DNA from: a virus | DNA: 64,000 bases | Virus record (IMG/VR): IMGVR_UViG_3300020411_003715 | Coordinates: 116,107-180,106 of that record | Reading direction: 5' to 3' (one strand) | In this document: positions 62,327 through 64,000 of the stretch, piece by piece | Layout: every line of letters starts with the position of its first letter | Position numbering within the stretch: the first letter of the stretch is position 1 | Position numbers and translations under genes: made by a program | Notes under the pieces: generated by a model | The model's input: only the letters and a program-made list of their open reading frames with translations | Database searches by the model: none | What the model was told of the DNA's origin: nothing

Positions 62327-64000
62327 ATGTCTGGAATATCTGGAAGATTATCTCGGTACGCCCTCGGGGGCAGATCCAGGGCGAAAACGGTGGGGAAGCC
62401 GGAGAGCTTTTACCCAAGCCCGTTTTTTGACGTAGCGCAGAACTACTTACCGAAAACCATTAAAGAGACGTTTGACTGGTGTCTCTATTACCAGCTTACC
62501 AACCCTCTTATTAACGCGGTCACCAGCAAGCTGGCCACATACCCAATCACCGATTTAATTTACGAGGACGATAACGAGGGAGTTGTCGATCTGTACAAGC
62601 AGATTTTTGAGAGACAATTTCTCCTTAGACAGTTTCTCGTAGAGGTCAATCTCGACAGATACACCTATGGCAATGCGTTTGTTTCTATATCTTTCCCGTT
62701 CAAAAAAGTGCTCTCCTGTAAGGAATGCAAAGCCGAATGGGAAGCAAAAGACGTCAAGTACAAGTGGAAAGACTTCCAGTTCCATATCGACTGTGAGCAC
62801 TGCAGCCACTCAGGGGTGGCCAAAGTAAAAGATGAGCCTATCAAGTCCAGCACGCAGATTCGGCTTATTCGGTGGAACCCAAAGAATATAACGATTCGAC
62901 ATAATGAAATAACCGGCAAGTCAGAGTATTACTACTCGATGCCCAGGCACCTGAAAAACGACATCATGCTTGGTAAGCCATCAATGATCGAATCGGTGCC
63001 GCAGGTTTTTATCAGCGCCATAAAGAAGAAGAAGTCAATACTTCTTGAGGGCTCAAAACTATTCCATTCCAAGCGGGCATCCATCTCAAGAGATCCGTCG
63101 GACAGCGGATGGGGAGCACCCCTTATTCTTCCAGTTTTGAAGGACATCTTTTTTCTTCAGGTGCTAAGGAAGGCGCAAGAGGCGGTGGCGATGGAGCACA
63201 TTGTCCCTATGCGTGTGATGTTTCCACAGGTCACCACTGACGGGAACAACCCGTATGCCCATATTAATCTCCAGGACTGGCAAACAGAGGTGTCCGGGCA
63301 GATCAAGAAGTGGCGGATGGATAACAATCACATCCCAGTCATGCCCGTCCCTGTGGGCTATCAGATGATAGGTGGGCAAGGGAAGTCTCTGCTCCTGCAT
63401 CAAGAGCTTAGGATATATAACGACCAGATTATCGCCGGCATGGGCGTGCCTACGAGCTTTTTCTACGGGGAGGCTCAGTATTCGGGTGCCGCTGTTAACA
63501 TGCGTGCGCTTGAAAATGAGTTCCTGGGTAACCGGCAGGACATGTTGAGGCTTGTTGAGTTCATTCGAGACCGGGTATGCGCGTTCTTGGATGTGCCCAA
63601 GATCGACCTTAAGTTTAAGCCGTTCAAAATGGCAGACGATATCCAGCGGGCGTCATTCGATATGAATCTTGCGAACGCAGGAATGATCAGTAGAAGGTCG
63701 TTCCTAGAGACGCGGGACTTCAGTTTCGACACCGAGCAAGAGTTGCTTCATGCAGAGGGCAAGAAGCTGAACCGGGCGCAGCGAGAGGGCATGATATCTA
63801 ATGCCGAGTCCCAGGGCGAAGCGATGCTCATACAGACAAGGTATCAGATACAGGCCCAATCCCTTCAGCAAGAGGCCCAAGCGCAGATGCAGCAGCAAAT
63901 GCAGCAACAGATGCCCCAGCAACAGATGCCCCAGCAGCAGGGGGCGCAGCAGCAGGGGGCGCAGCAGGGGGCGCAGCAGGCCCCGGGACAAGAGGGCGGG
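62327..64000 (+). CDS. Portal protein, 3'-truncated (558 codons in window), with zinc-ribbon insertion and Gln-rich tail
   Basis: Translated by hand, open to the window end. NPLINAVTSKLATYPI, DRYTYGNAFV, SGWGAPLILPVL and IIAGMGVPTSFFYG are portal-like; CKEC...CEHC insertion. Confidence 0.8.
   Translation, partial: MSGISGRLSRYALGGRSRAKTVGKPESFYPSPFFDVAQNYLPKTIKETFDWCLYYQLTNPLINAVTSKLATYPITDLIYEDDNEGVVDLYKQIFERQFLLRQFLVEVNLDRYTYGNAFVSISFPFKKVLSCKECKAEWEAKDVKYKWKDFQFHIDCEHCSHSGVAKVKDEPIKSSTQIRLIRWNPKNITIRHNEITGKSEYYYSMPRHLKNDIMLGKPSMIESVPQVFISAIKKKKSILLEGSKLFHSKRASISRDPSDSGWGAPLILPVLKDIFFLQVLRKAQEAVAMEHIVPMRVMFPQVTTDGNNPYAHINLQDWQTEVSGQIKKWRMDNNHIPVMPVPVGYQMIGGQGKSLLLHQELRIYNDQIIAGMGVPTSFFYGEAQYSGAAVNMRALENEFLGNRQDMLRLVEFIRDRVCAFLDVPKIDLKFKPFKMADDIQRASFDMNLANAGMISRRSFLETRDFSFDTEQELLHAEGKKLNRAQREGMISNAESQGEAMLIQTRYQIQAQSLQQEAQAQMQQQMQQQMPQQQMPQQQGAQQQGAQQGAQQAPGQEGG
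63881..63985 (+). repeat. Low-complexity Gln-rich tandem repeats (QQQMP, QQGA)
   Basis: CAGCAACAGATGCCC twice and CAGCAGGGGGCG three times. Confidence 0.9.

Noticed and set aside
63704-63991. 95 aa minus-strand Leu-rich ORF
   Set aside because: It is the antisense reading of the portal Gln-rich repeats.
1-64000. Stop-codon reassignment, as in some large phages
   Set aside because: Genes end at TAA, TAG and TGA with tight coupling, and multi-kb ORFs are intact under the standard code.

Overview
The window is a 64 kb segment of a large tailed dsDNA bacteriophage genome, probably a contractile-tailed jumbo-type phage. It uses the standard genetic code and GGAG(G) Shine-Dalgarno sites, and genes are tightly coupled. 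There are three blocks. (1) 1-42025, + strand: a 5'-truncated sigma-70-family factor; basic Gly/Ala-rich probable head or ejection proteins with recurring K-x-A motifs; two paralogous beta-sandwich adaptors; a gp25-like protein; and four giant virion proteins (2690 aa baseplate-J-like, 2318 aa wedge-like, 1913 aa fibre, 2735 aa beta-helix spike or fibre). (2) 42083-60568, - strand: single-gene cassettes with their own terminators (Rho-N/H1-like protein, metallophosphoesterase, AT-hook protein); a recombination module (RusA, UvsY-like, Cas4-like, PD-(D/E)XK resolvase-like, RecA); an array of small genes joined by a repeated 16-bp junction; then family A DNA polymerase, gp32-like SSB, primase, DnaB-like helicase, UDG-fold protein, SF2 helicase and XRE regulator. 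(3) 60653-64000, + strand: two head-region genes and a 3'-truncated portal protein absent from the supplied ORF track. The most unusual signals are the K-x-A putative maturation motif, the frame-tolerant repeated gene junction with a 28-bp direct repeat of the polymerase 3' end, a RecA with three altered catalytic positions, a catalytically degenerate UDG, an HMGA-like AT-hook protein, and a zinc-ribbon-bearing portal. All calls come from motif reading by eye; no searches were run. No tRNA, rRNA, CRISPR array, integrase or intein was recognised.
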